Below are positions 19,988 to 28,722 of a stretch of DNA of 64,000 bases, piece by piece. Every line of letters starts with the position of its first letter. Position 1 is the first letter of the stretch. Both the position numbers and the translations under genes were made by a program. The notes beneath the pieces were generated by a model. It was not told where the DNA came from. It saw only the letters and a program-made list of their open reading frames with translations, and made no database searches. This stretch comes from Deferribacteraceae bacterium (GTDB taxonomy: Bacteria > Chrysiogenota > Deferribacteres > Deferribacterales > Deferrivibrionaceae): the NCBI GenBank assembly GCA_020054865.1, contig JAIHAR010000003.1:39645-103644 (forward strand). Reading direction: 5' to 3'.

Positions 19988-20638
19988 ATGTACGAACATC
20001 TATTATCCTTGCAAAATAAGTTAGCAAAAAAAGTGATAATTTGTCCATATAAAAATAATATAAGACTTATTGGGGGTGTTGACGTTTCTTTTGAAAGGTT
20101 TTCAAATACGGGGTTTTGTTCTTTTGTTGTTTTGAATAAAAAATTTGAAATAGTTGAGGTTAAAAATGTAAAATTAACAGTAAAAATGCCTTATGTCCCC
20201 GGGCTTTTATCTTTCAGGGAGTTGCCTTTGATTTATCAGGCATACAAGAAATTGTCTTTTAAGCCGGATATAGTTTTTTGTGATTCGCAAGGGATAGCCC
20301 ATTCAAGAGGGTTAGGTCTTGCAAGTCATCTTGGAGTGGTATTAAACATTCCTGTTGTAGGTTGTGCCAAATCAAGGCTTGTAGGTGAGTATAACATACC
20401 GGGCAATAAAAAAGGAAATTACACATACTTGAAATACAGAGGGGAAAATGTGGGAGCAGTTTTGATAACCAAAGATAATTGCAAGCCAATGTTTATATCG
20501 CCAGGGCATTTAATTGATATAAAAACATCAATATTGACTGTATTAAAGTTTACAAAAAAATATAAAATACCTGAGCCTACAAGGGTAGCACATATTTTAT
20601 CAAATAGCTTCAGGCGTGAAGATTCAAATTTTTATTAG
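19988..20638 (+). CDS. nfi: endonuclease V (deoxyinosine 3' endonuclease)
   Basis: 216 aa; Nfi family pattern (GGVDVSF, FRE, GLASHLGV). Confidence 0.8.
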   Translation: MYEHLLSLQNKLAKKVIICPYKNNIRLIGGVDVSFERFSNTGFCSFVVLNKKFEIVEVKNVKLTVKMPYVPGLLSFRELPLIYQAYKKLSFKPDIVFCDSQGIAHSRGLGLASHLGVVLNIPVVGCAKSRLVGEYNIPGNKKGNYTYLKYRGENVGAVLITKDNCKPMFISPGHLIDIKTSILTVLKFTKKYKIPEPTRVAHILSNSFRREDSNFY

Positions 20639-21388
20639 TTAATTCAAGTCGTTTTCCTGAGTAGTATATTCAAAGGGCAAATCACAACCTTCAGGAATTT
20701 GAAATGGAATAGGGTATCTAATTCCTGCTTTGTGCGTAGCCTTAAGCCCATTGATTATTTCATCCTTCATTTTATAGGGGAATCCGACGGCAAGCTCGAA
20801 GTCCTGCGTCATAGCAAATCTTCTGTCCCCCAAACAGGGTATTTCGATTACAGGTTTGCCTTTTATGTATGTTTCTGCAACGGCTCGTGAGCAAACCCCG
20901 GCATCACCAGAAGAGCTGAAATCAAATTGTCCACCTTTTTCATATAAAAAAGCCTGTACCATTCTCATTGCCTGAGCAGTATTACAATAAAATACTACTA
21001 CGTCAGGCTCAATTCCTTCAATCGGTCTATTTAAAGGGTAGGTTAATACAGCCTTAATATCTTCATTTATTCTTGGCATATTTTGTTGCATATATTTTGC
21101 TGCATCTTTATCTTTTTGATAAATATTGCAATTGACTGTGCCTTCGATTACTCTTTCAGGTGTTTTTATCAAACCGGCACAGGATGCTCCCAACACACAG
21201 TAACTAAACTCTTTTGTTGCGATAGTCGACCACCCATAATATCTGGAATAAGCAATTTGCTGGCATACAGTTAACTTTTTATCTTTGACCTTTACTTTTA
21301 ATTCAGGTAATTCTTTTAAAAGATTTACTCCTACAGGGATAGTTTGAAGCCTTAAATATTTGTTTAATTCCTCAAATAAGTTTATCAT
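20639..21388 (-). CDS. DUF169-family protein
   Basis: 249 aa; recalled resemblance to DUF169; no catalytic motif recognised. Confidence 0.45.
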   Translation of the reverse strand: MINLFEELNKYLRLQTIPVGVNLLKELPELKVKVKDKKLTVCQQIAYSRYYGWSTIATKEFSYCVLGASCAGLIKTPERVIEGTVNCNIYQKDKDAAKYMQQNMPRINEDIKAVLTYPLNRPIEGIEPDVVVFYCNTAQAMRMVQAFLYEKGGQFDFSSSGDAGVCSRAVAETYIKGKPVIEIPCLGDRRFAMTQDFELAVGFPYKMKDEIINGLKATHKAGIRYPIPFQIPEGCDLPFEYTTQENDLN

Positions 21389-21801
21389 AATTTTACCTCA
21401 CTAAAAGCTTTTAAAACATCGCCCAATGAAACAATACCAACAAGCTTACCGTTATCTACAACAGGGACGCGGTGAATATATTTTTCCAGGAAAATTTTTG
21501 CTACATTTCTGATATCTTCATCGCTTGTAACGACAATTGGAGGTTTGCCCATTACTGTTGAAACAGGAGGTGATGTTAATTCCTGAACATCTATCATAGG
21601 TATTTTTTCTGCTTCTTCCAGTATGTCAGGCAATTTGTCAAGGATATCCGTTTCACTAAAAACCCCTACAACATTTTCATCCGAATCAAGGACAGGGACT
21701 CCTGAGATTTTGTGCCTTCTTAGAATAATAACAGCATCTTTAATGGATTGATCAGCTTTAACAGAAATAACATTTTTAGTCATAATCTCTTTTACTTTCA
21801 T
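21385..21801 (-). CDS. CBS-pair domain protein
   Basis: 138 aa; two CBS repeats; 4-nt overlap with the downstream gene. Confidence 0.8.
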   Translation of the reverse strand: MKVKEIMTKNVISVKADQSIKDAVIILRRHKISGVPVLDSDENVVGVFSETDILDKLPDILEEAEKIPMIDVQELTSPPVSTVMGKPPIVVTSDEDIRNVAKIFLEKYIHRVPVVDNGKLVGIVSLGDVLKAFSEVKL

Positions 21802-21879
21802 ATTTTCTCCCTATTAATAAAAATTTTGTTTGTAAATATAACATTATTTCAATTTTGTAAAGCTTTATTTGTGTATTTT

Positions 21880-23802
21880 TTAAAGCCCTACAATTTTTGC
21901 AAAATGTCTTCGTGTTGTATCTTGCAGTTTATCAGCTACTTTAAATGCTTCTTTTAAAAGCTCCTGTTCATTTTTTGGGAGTGTATATGGGTCTAAATAA
22001 TGAGACGGCTTTTTGTTTTCATCTAATAGTTTTATCTCATTTTTCAGCCTTATATACGTAAAAAACTCAAAAGCGGCCTTAATATGCTCCAATGTGGCTG
22101 AATTAAAGATTCCTAATTCATGTAATTTGTCCAGTCTTTCCATTGTGTTAGTTTGCGGTAGACCATGTTCAAGGCAATACATTCTTATGCAGTCGACTAT
22201 AAAAATACTACCATTTTCCTTTACAGAAAGCTCACCTTTATGTTCTTCTTGATCAGAAGTAATAAATCTATTTAGAAGCCCCAGTGGGACTTTGTGTTTG
22301 TAGTCAAGCTCCATCATTTTAAATAAGAATAGCATATTATTTTTAATTTCTTCAAATATATGTTCTTTTAACTGCATGCAAAGTTTAGGTTCTCCCACCA
22401 GAGAAAAAAGGTCAAAAAATATTGTTGAATACCTGACACGTTGAGGCTCAGGAACTCTTATCCATTTGCTAACTCTCTTTTTCCATTCGGATATTTTGCC
22501 TCTCCATAATGGATTATTTGCCATAACTTTACCATTACAAAGAGGGTATCCTACTTCATTCAAGGCGTTTACCAGATATTCTGCAAAGGGTACAAAAAAG
22601 TTACTTACTTCGCCTTCCATTTCATTAGGGTAGTCTTCAAAAATCAGCCCATTATCCTGATCAGGGCCTAAAAGCATCTCCCTTCGGCCGCCACTACCCA
22701 TTATTATAAAGGAGTATTTGATATCTGGCAAAACACAGCCCTCTGAAAGACGTTTCTCCATAACAATTTCAAAGCACCTTTTTATGATATTGTGGTGAAT
22801 ATATGAAATTATCTCCATGGTTTCTACATGAGACCTGTTTTCCATCAAAAGAACTTTAGCAACCGAGGTTATTTCGTTTTTAACATTTTTTAATTCCTTG
22901 ATTGATGTTGCCTCTTTAACTTTTCCTACCAGAAGTACCGTTTTCTGACTTCTGAATTTCATCAGGTCTCTTACAGTTACAATTCCTATGATTTTATCAT
23001 TTTCCAGTACCGGAAGATGTCTTATGTTGTGGCTGATCATAAATGCTGCAACTTCATACATATATGATTCAGGGGATACGTAAAAAGGATCGGGAGTCAT
23101 TACCTCTTTTGCTTTCATATCTTTAAGGCATACCCCGGTATCTCTTGCCAAAACTTTTGTCACTAAATCCCTTTCCGTAATTATCCCTTTTAATTTTCCA
23201 TTACTATCACAAACAAGAAGCGAGCCTACCCCTTTTACAGTCATTATTTTTGCTATCTTACCTACTGTGGTATCCTCACTGCATACTTCTACAGGTGAAG
23301 ACATTATCTCTCTCACCTGCTTTTGGAAAGGGTATGCTTCAATTTGAGCTATAGGGTCAGAAGATTGTGACTTTACTACATCATGGTATAATTTCCTGAT
23401 TTTGGAAAAAACTGCCTTACTGAAAAATCTGGTAATTTCCGGGTACGATTGTGCCAGGTTGAGAATAACTTCTTTGGGAATCAAGATGCATTCTGTTTTA
23501 TCTACAGTCCTGGCACCTGCAGAGTAACCGCCATCAGTAAATATAGGTGTCCAGCCAAAGAATTCTCCATCTTTCCTGTAATCGACGACTATTTCTACCC
23601 CTTCTTCAGTTTCAGATATGATTTCCACTGCCCCTTTGTGAATAAAATAAAGGTAACCTGTAGGAGTGTCTTTTTGAGAAAATATTAATGTGTCAGCATC
23701 ATATGTTTTAAAAAGGCAGGTATCTTGGATTATTTTAAAATTATCTTCAGATATTACGTTGAAAGGTTTAACTGTTTTTAAGAAATCCAACATTGGTATC
23801 AT
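21880..23802 (-). CDS. cNMP-binding + tandem CBS + DUF294 nucleotidyltransferase signalling protein
   Basis: 640 aa; N-terminal CAP-like cNMP-binding fold, two CBS domains, NTase core GSGGRREMLLGPDQDNGLIFED, DUF294_C-like tail. Confidence 0.75.
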   Translation of the reverse strand: MIPMLDFLKTVKPFNVISEDNFKIIQDTCLFKTYDADTLIFSQKDTPTGYLYFIHKGAVEIISETEEGVEIVVDYRKDGEFFGWTPIFTDGGYSAGARTVDKTECILIPKEVILNLAQSYPEITRFFSKAVFSKIRKLYHDVVKSQSSDPIAQIEAYPFQKQVREIMSSPVEVCSEDTTVGKIAKIMTVKGVGSLLVCDSNGKLKGIITERDLVTKVLARDTGVCLKDMKAKEVMTPDPFYVSPESYMYEVAAFMISHNIRHLPVLENDKIIGIVTVRDLMKFRSQKTVLLVGKVKEATSIKELKNVKNEITSVAKVLLMENRSHVETMEIISYIHHNIIKRCFEIVMEKRLSEGCVLPDIKYSFIIMGSGGRREMLLGPDQDNGLIFEDYPNEMEGEVSNFFVPFAEYLVNALNEVGYPLCNGKVMANNPLWRGKISEWKKRVSKWIRVPEPQRVRYSTIFFDLFSLVGEPKLCMQLKEHIFEEIKNNMLFLFKMMELDYKHKVPLGLLNRFITSDQEEHKGELSVKENGSIFIVDCIRMYCLEHGLPQTNTMERLDKLHELGIFNSATLEHIKAAFEFFTYIRLKNEIKLLDENKKPSHYLDPYTLPKNEQELLKEAFKVADKLQDTTRRHFAKIVGL

Positions 23803-23808
23803 AAGATA

Positions 23809-24183
23809 TCAGTCAATTTCCTTTTTTTTCCCAAATATAGGATGAGCTTGTGATTTAATTATAAAATCACCGAAAATTTTAAACCATATTGTTACCCCGG
23901 CAATGCCTGTCCACTTTTGATAAGGGTAAGCCAGAAACAAGACGCCTATTATCGCCCATAATGTGGCAATTCCTGCCCCAAGATTGAGGATTCCAACAAA
24001 AGGAGCCCATTTTTTGGGGTTTTTGGGTGGCTCTCCTCTTTTTAAAGCCACATTCGAGTAATCTTTTTTTATAAAGATTGTGTAAGCCCTCCTAAGCCAG
24101 ATAAATGCCAACGGGAAAAGCGCAATAAATAAAATCCAAGTCACAGCCATATTGGTATCAATTATTAAATTATCCATATTCAC
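23809..24183 (-). CDS. small 2-TM membrane protein of unknown function
   Basis: 124 aa; two hydrophobic helices and a lysine-rich C-terminus; 6-nt gap to the downstream gene. Confidence 0.45.
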   Translation of the reverse strand: MNMDNLIIDTNMAVTWILFIALFPLAFIWLRRAYTIFIKKDYSNVALKRGEPPKNPKKWAPFVGILNLGAGIATLWAIIGVLFLAYPYQKWTGIAGVTIWFKIFGDFIIKSQAHPIFGKKKEID

Positions 24184-24241
24184 CTCTTAATTTAATTATA
24201 ACAAAGGTATGAAAAAAATTAAAGATATTTTATAATAAAAA

Positions 24242-24266
24242 AGCCTCCGACTAACGGAGGCTTTTA
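24242..24266 (-). terminator. rho-independent terminator after actP (AGCCTCCG-N5-CGGAGGCT; T-tract on minus strand)
   Basis: 8-bp stem; A6 on the plus strand gives a U-tract in the minus-strand transcript, 16 nt after the actP stop. Confidence 0.6.
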
Positions 24267-24281
24267 TGATTTTATTAATTT

Positions 24282-26087
24282 TTAGTGATCTACAGCGGCA
24301 CCAGCACCTTTAGGATAGCGAACGCTTTCTACCATTTCAGCTATATCATGAGGAACAGGTGTAGTCATGTTTTTCACAGCAAAGGCAACTATGAAGTTTA
24401 CAATTGCTCCTATTGTACCAAATGCATTTGGTTCAATACCAAGGAAGAAGTTTGGTTTGCCACCAAAAAGGCCAAGGAATTCAGTCCCTTTGATAAAGAA
24501 GATACCTTTGTGGGCAAAAACGTATAGCATTGTTACACCAATACCAGCTATCATACCGGCAATTGCACCCTGCCTATTCATAGTCTTGCTGAAGATACCC
24601 ATCATAAGTGCAGGGAATATTGAGCTTGCTGCAAGTCCAAATGCTATTGCAACGGTACCGGCAGCAAAGTCAGGAGGGTTCATACCAAGATAACCAGCAA
24701 CTACAATAGCACAAGCCATTACAATTCTTCCTGCCATAAGCTCCCCTTTTTCGGAAAGATCTTTCATGAACATGTTTTTCAACAGGTCATGTGAGATCGC
24801 TGATGATATTGCAAGCAAAAGACCAGCAGCAGTTGAAAGAGCAGCCGCAAGACCACCGGCAGCAACAAGGCCAATTACCCAGTTAGGAAGTTTAGCGATT
24901 TCAGGGTTAGCAAGAACCATAATATCGTTATTAACTGAAAGTTCGTTCCCTTTCCAGCCTGCAGCTTCTGCCTTTGCCAGGAAGTCTTTATCTTTGGATT
25001 TGTCATTGTAATACTGGATACGTCCATCTCCATTTTTGTCAGTAAACTTAAGCAAGCCAGTTACTTCCCAGCGCTTCATCCAGTTTGGACGTTCATCAAT
25101 CAGAATGCTTGATTCTGGAGCAAAAACATCTCCACCCTTAACAACAGCCTTGTTAACAGTTGCATGAAGATTAAGTCTTGCCATAGCAGCAACAGAAGGA
25201 GCTGTTGTGTAAAGGATAGCTATGAATACAAGAGCCCAACCGGCGGAGCTTCTTGCATCCCTTACCTTTGGTACAGTAAAGAAGCGTATAATAACGTGAG
25301 GAAGCCCCGCAGTACCAATCATCAAAGACATGGTGTAAACAAACATATTCAGTTTACTTAATCTTGGGGTATTAACGTAAGAAGCAAAGCCAAGATCTTT
25401 TACAATATGGTCAAGTTTTTCAAGAAGATACATGTCTGAGCCTTCAAACCCTGAGCTAAGGCCAAACTGAGGAATAGGGTTGCCGGTAAGATGTAAAGAT
25501 ATGAAAATCGCTGGAATAGTGTAAGCTAAAATTAATACACAGTACTGTGCTACCTGAGTGTATGTAATTCCTTTCATACCACCAAAAACTGCATATACAA
25601 AAACTATTGCCATACCAATTAAGACACCAAGGTTATTAGAAACGCCCAAGAATCTTGAAAAGGCAACACCAACGCCTGTCATCTGACCAATAATATAAGT
25701 GGTGGAAGCAATAAGAAGACAAATAACAGCAACAATAGCTGCTCCATCAGAATAATATCTTGTCTTAAAAAACTCTGGTACAGTGTATTTCCCAAATTTT
25801 CTCAAATATGGGGCAAGAAGAAGGGCAAGAAGAACATATCCACCTGTCCAACCCAGCAAAAACACTGCTCCACCATATCCCATAAATGCAATAAGACCCG
25901 CCATAGAGATGAAAGACGCTGCTGACATCCAGTCTGCACCAGTTGCCATACCATTAACTACAGGGTGAACACCACCACCTGCTACGTAAAACTCTTTAGT
26001 GCTACCAGCACGAGACCAGATAGCAATACCGATATAAAGTGCAAAAGTAAGACCAACAATTATATACGTTGTAACCTGTAAACTCAT
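24282..26087 (-). CDS. actP: cation/acetate symporter ActP (sodium:solute symporter family)
   Basis: 601 aa; 13-14 TM helices; SSS family pattern; preceded by a DUF485 gene as in the yjcH-actP arrangement. Confidence 0.85.
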   Translation of the reverse strand: MSLQVTTYIIVGLTFALYIGIAIWSRAGSTKEFYVAGGGVHPVVNGMATGADWMSAASFISMAGLIAFMGYGGAVFLLGWTGGYVLLALLLAPYLRKFGKYTVPEFFKTRYYSDGAAIVAVICLLIASTTYIIGQMTGVGVAFSRFLGVSNNLGVLIGMAIVFVYAVFGGMKGITYTQVAQYCVLILAYTIPAIFISLHLTGNPIPQFGLSSGFEGSDMYLLEKLDHIVKDLGFASYVNTPRLSKLNMFVYTMSLMIGTAGLPHVIIRFFTVPKVRDARSSAGWALVFIAILYTTAPSVAAMARLNLHATVNKAVVKGGDVFAPESSILIDERPNWMKRWEVTGLLKFTDKNGDGRIQYYNDKSKDKDFLAKAEAAGWKGNELSVNNDIMVLANPEIAKLPNWVIGLVAAGGLAAALSTAAGLLLAISSAISHDLLKNMFMKDLSEKGELMAGRIVMACAIVVAGYLGMNPPDFAAGTVAIAFGLAASSIFPALMMGIFSKTMNRQGAIAGMIAGIGVTMLYVFAHKGIFFIKGTEFLGLFGGKPNFFLGIEPNAFGTIGAIVNFIVAFAVKNMTTPVPHDIAEMVESVRYPKGAGAAVDH

Positions 26088-26099
26088 ATTATCCCCTCC

Positions 26100-26360
26100 T
26101 TAATCTTCTTCTACGTCAAATTCTTTGTCAATTTTACCAATAAGTTTTGCGTAGATAAATATCAATGCTACGAAAACATAGATAGAGCCCTGATGCGCAA
26201 ACCAAAATCCGAGAGGGGTTCCACCCAGTTTAATATTGTTGAGAGGCTCAACAAAAATAATGGCTAAAACATAACCGAATATAAACCAGATTATTAAAAT
26301 GTTACGAATTAGAGCCAAATTTTTTTTCCAATAGGCTTCGAGTCTTTCCTTGTCTACCAT
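26100..26360 (-). CDS. DUF485 (YjcH-like) small membrane protein
   Basis: 86 aa; two TM helices; 12 nt upstream of actP; RBS GTGAGGTG. Confidence 0.75.
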   Translation of the reverse strand: MVDKERLEAYWKKNLALIRNILIIWFIFGYVLAIIFVEPLNNIKLGGTPLGFWFAHQGSIYVFVALIFIYAKLIGKIDKEFDVEED

Positions 26361-26561
26361 AAAAACACCTCACTTAAATATTAAGTTAAAAAAAAGTGTA
26401 CCTTCGTTGCCTTGGCACCTGCCCGACCGCTTCTTTTCATCACCTCCTTATTATTTTTGCAAAGCAGGTAATGTATCTTCATAAAATCCCCCTATGTGGA
26501 AATTAATATAATATTGTTTTATTAATGTCAATAATTAATTTGAGATAAATATTTGAATTTA

Positions 26562-26599
26562 AGTGTACTTGGTATACTGTACACTGGATACTGTATACA
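26562..26599. promoter_or_regulatory. cluster of TGTAYAC-type palindromes / tandem 14-mers (candidate operator) between divergent actP operon and acs-like gene
   Basis: AGTGTAC-N10-GTACACT inverted repeat (26562-26585), palindrome TGTATACA (26592-26599), direct repeat TGG(T)ATACTGTAYAC x2. Confidence 0.4.
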
Positions 26600-26781
26600 A
26601 TATTTTATAAAATATTGATTAATTTATTTAAAAATATAATAAAATATCTAACAGTGTTATAGATATGCGATTATTTCTAAAAAAAATATATAACATTTTT
26701 TTATTTTAATTTTGATTAATTATAAAAAATGCTATTGATTGTTATTTTGGTTCAAAAATAAGCAAATTTTCAAAATTTTAT

Positions 26782-26809
26782 TTTACAACCTTGCCGAAAT
26801 ATATAAAAT
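26782..26809 (+). promoter_or_regulatory. candidate sigma70 promoter for acs-like gene (TTTACA 26782-26787; 16-nt spacer; TAAAAT 26804-26809)
   Basis: Hexamers about 40 nt upstream of ATG 26847 (RBS AGGGGGA). Confidence 0.35.
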
Positions 26810-26846
26810 ACCAATGGGGAAAACTCAAACTATAGGGGGATGTGAT

Positions 26847-28721
26847 ATGGTTTACGAGCTTATTAATGAGGCAAATAAAAAGTATAAGAGGCATTTTCTT
26901 ACACCTGAAGATATTGATAATCTGAAAAAGATGCCGTATATGGATGTGGCTGATTATGTCGGGAAGAATTTTATCGAGTGGGAAGAGCAATATAGTCAGG
27001 TATTTGAATACAACAAGCCGCCAAGGTATACATTTTTTAAAGGTGGAAGACTCAATCCATTTTATAATATCCTCGAAAAACATCTTTATAGTAAAAATAA
27101 AAACAAGGCTGCAATAATATGGAGGGGCTCTGACTATACCGAAAAAATATTTACATATCAGTCTATCGCATTTGAGGCTTCAAAACTTGCTTACGCGTTC
27201 AAAAAATTAGGGGTTAAAAAAGGGGATAGGGTACTGATTTATTTACCCAATATTCCTGAAGCAGTAATTACAATGCTTGCTTGTGTAAGAATAGGCGCTG
27301 TCCATGCCCTGTATCATTATAGCTATTCTGCCGAGGCTTTGAAGGAGAGGATAGAAGACTGTGAGCCCTCTATAATTGTTACAACAAATTATAGTCTTAC
27401 AGGTAATGAGCTTGATGTTAAGACTAAAGTGGATGAAGCCTTGAAAAAATCAAATTATCAGCCAAAACATGTTGTTGTAGTGGAAAGGATTCCTAAAAAA
27501 GCACATATGAAGCCACTGAGGGATTTATGGTATCACGATTTACTAAGTGATACCGATTTTAAAGAAGCAATGACACTTGAGCCCACAATCTTAAACAGTG
27601 ATGAACCTTTATTTATAATGATTACCACCACTCATTTTGTTGAACCAAAAGGGCTTGCCTACAGTATTGCGGGGTTTCTTGCCTGGGCACATTTTACTTT
27701 TAAACTAATTTTTGACCCAAAAGATGAAGATACAATCTGGAATATGTCTGATGTGGCCTGGATGAATAGCCACAACTATAAAATTTATGGTCCTCTGATG
27801 GCAGGAACCACTTCAGTTATGTTTGAAGACTCGATACATATGCAAAATGCAAGAAGGTTTTATGGTATTGTGGAAAGGTATAATGTAAACAAATGTTATA
27901 CTTCTCCCAGAGTTATAAGGGCACTAATGAGTGCGGATATGAGAAAAAGGGTATTTGAACGTCTTGATAATCTCGAGCTTTTTTTTCTGGGCGGTGAACA
28001 GATTGATGAGGAGCTTTTGAACTGGCTATTTAAAAAACTTGGTAAGAGTAAAATGCCTGTATTAAATGTGTATTCTGCAACTGAGCTTGGTTCGGCGATA
28101 ACTGCTCAGTTACCAGGGTATTCTGAAGTTAAACAAAACTCGGTTGGTCAGCCTTTGCCAGGTGTTGATCTTGGCATTTATGACAGCATCACCAAGACAA
28201 AAATAAAATGTCATAACGAAAAGGGGCTTGTATCTATTGAAAAACCACTGATGTCAATGTGCAGCAAACTTTGTCATGGAGAAGAATTGTTTTATAAGAC
28301 TTTTTGGAAAAATTTTGACGGTAAGTATGTTTTCAGAATAGGTGACGCAGGATATTTTGATGAAGAGAGTCATTTTTATCTCACGGGAAGAATTGATGAC
28401 GTCATACACGTCGGTGGAAAGAGGATCAATTTGCAACAGGTTGAAGATGCCATCAATAAACATAAGCTTATAAAAGAATCTGCTATTATTATACTAAATG
28501 ATGAGAAAAAAGGGGATTCTATTATTGCATTTTGTGTTTTAAAGAAAAATGTGGATGAAAGTTCATACAGCTTGATAATAGATGAAATAAATGAGGTTAT
28601 TATAGAAGAGCTTGGTGAGTCGGTGCTGCCTCAGGAAATAAAATTTGTGAGAGTATTGCCAAAAGGGGCGGAAGGGAATATTTTGAAAGATTTGCTAAAA
28701 GAGATAGCTATGCAAATGTAA
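26847..28721 (+). CDS. acetyl-CoA synthetase-family (AMP-forming) paralog with degenerate P-loop and Lys->Asn at the catalytic position
   Basis: 624 aa from the RBS-supported ATG; Acs-like A7/A8 block (GDAGYFDEESHFYLTGRIDDVIHVGGKRI); degenerate motifs detailed in findings. Confidence 0.75.
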   Translation: MVYELINEANKKYKRHFLTPEDIDNLKKMPYMDVADYVGKNFIEWEEQYSQVFEYNKPPRYTFFKGGRLNPFYNILEKHLYSKNKNKAAIIWRGSDYTEKIFTYQSIAFEASKLAYAFKKLGVKKGDRVLIYLPNIPEAVITMLACVRIGAVHALYHYSYSAEALKERIEDCEPSIIVTTNYSLTGNELDVKTKVDEALKKSNYQPKHVVVVERIPKKAHMKPLRDLWYHDLLSDTDFKEAMTLEPTILNSDEPLFIMITTTHFVEPKGLAYSIAGFLAWAHFTFKLIFDPKDEDTIWNMSDVAWMNSHNYKIYGPLMAGTTSVMFEDSIHMQNARRFYGIVERYNVNKCYTSPRVIRALMSADMRKRVFERLDNLELFFLGGEQIDEELLNWLFKKLGKSKMPVLNVYSATELGSAITAQLPGYSEVKQNSVGQPLPGVDLGIYDSITKTKIKCHNEKGLVSIEKPLMSMCSKLCHGEELFYKTFWKNFDGKYVFRIGDAGYFDEESHFYLTGRIDDVIHVGGKRINLQQVEDAINKHKLIKESAIIILNDEKKGDSIIAFCVLKKNVDESSYSLIIDEINEVIIEELGESVLPQEIKFVRVLPKGAEGNILKDLLKEIAMQM

Positions 28722-28722
28722 T

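Noticed and set aside
26386-26393. A8 (T8 on minus strand) run upstream of the DUF485 gene as a possible intrinsic terminator
   Set aside because: No stable stem immediately precedes the U-tract on the minus strand.
26413-26435. TTGGCAC hexamer resembling a sigma54 -24 element upstream of the acs-like gene
   Set aside because: No TTGC -12 element at the required GG-N10-GC spacing on either strand. The hexamer sits inside the GC-rich island discussed in findings.
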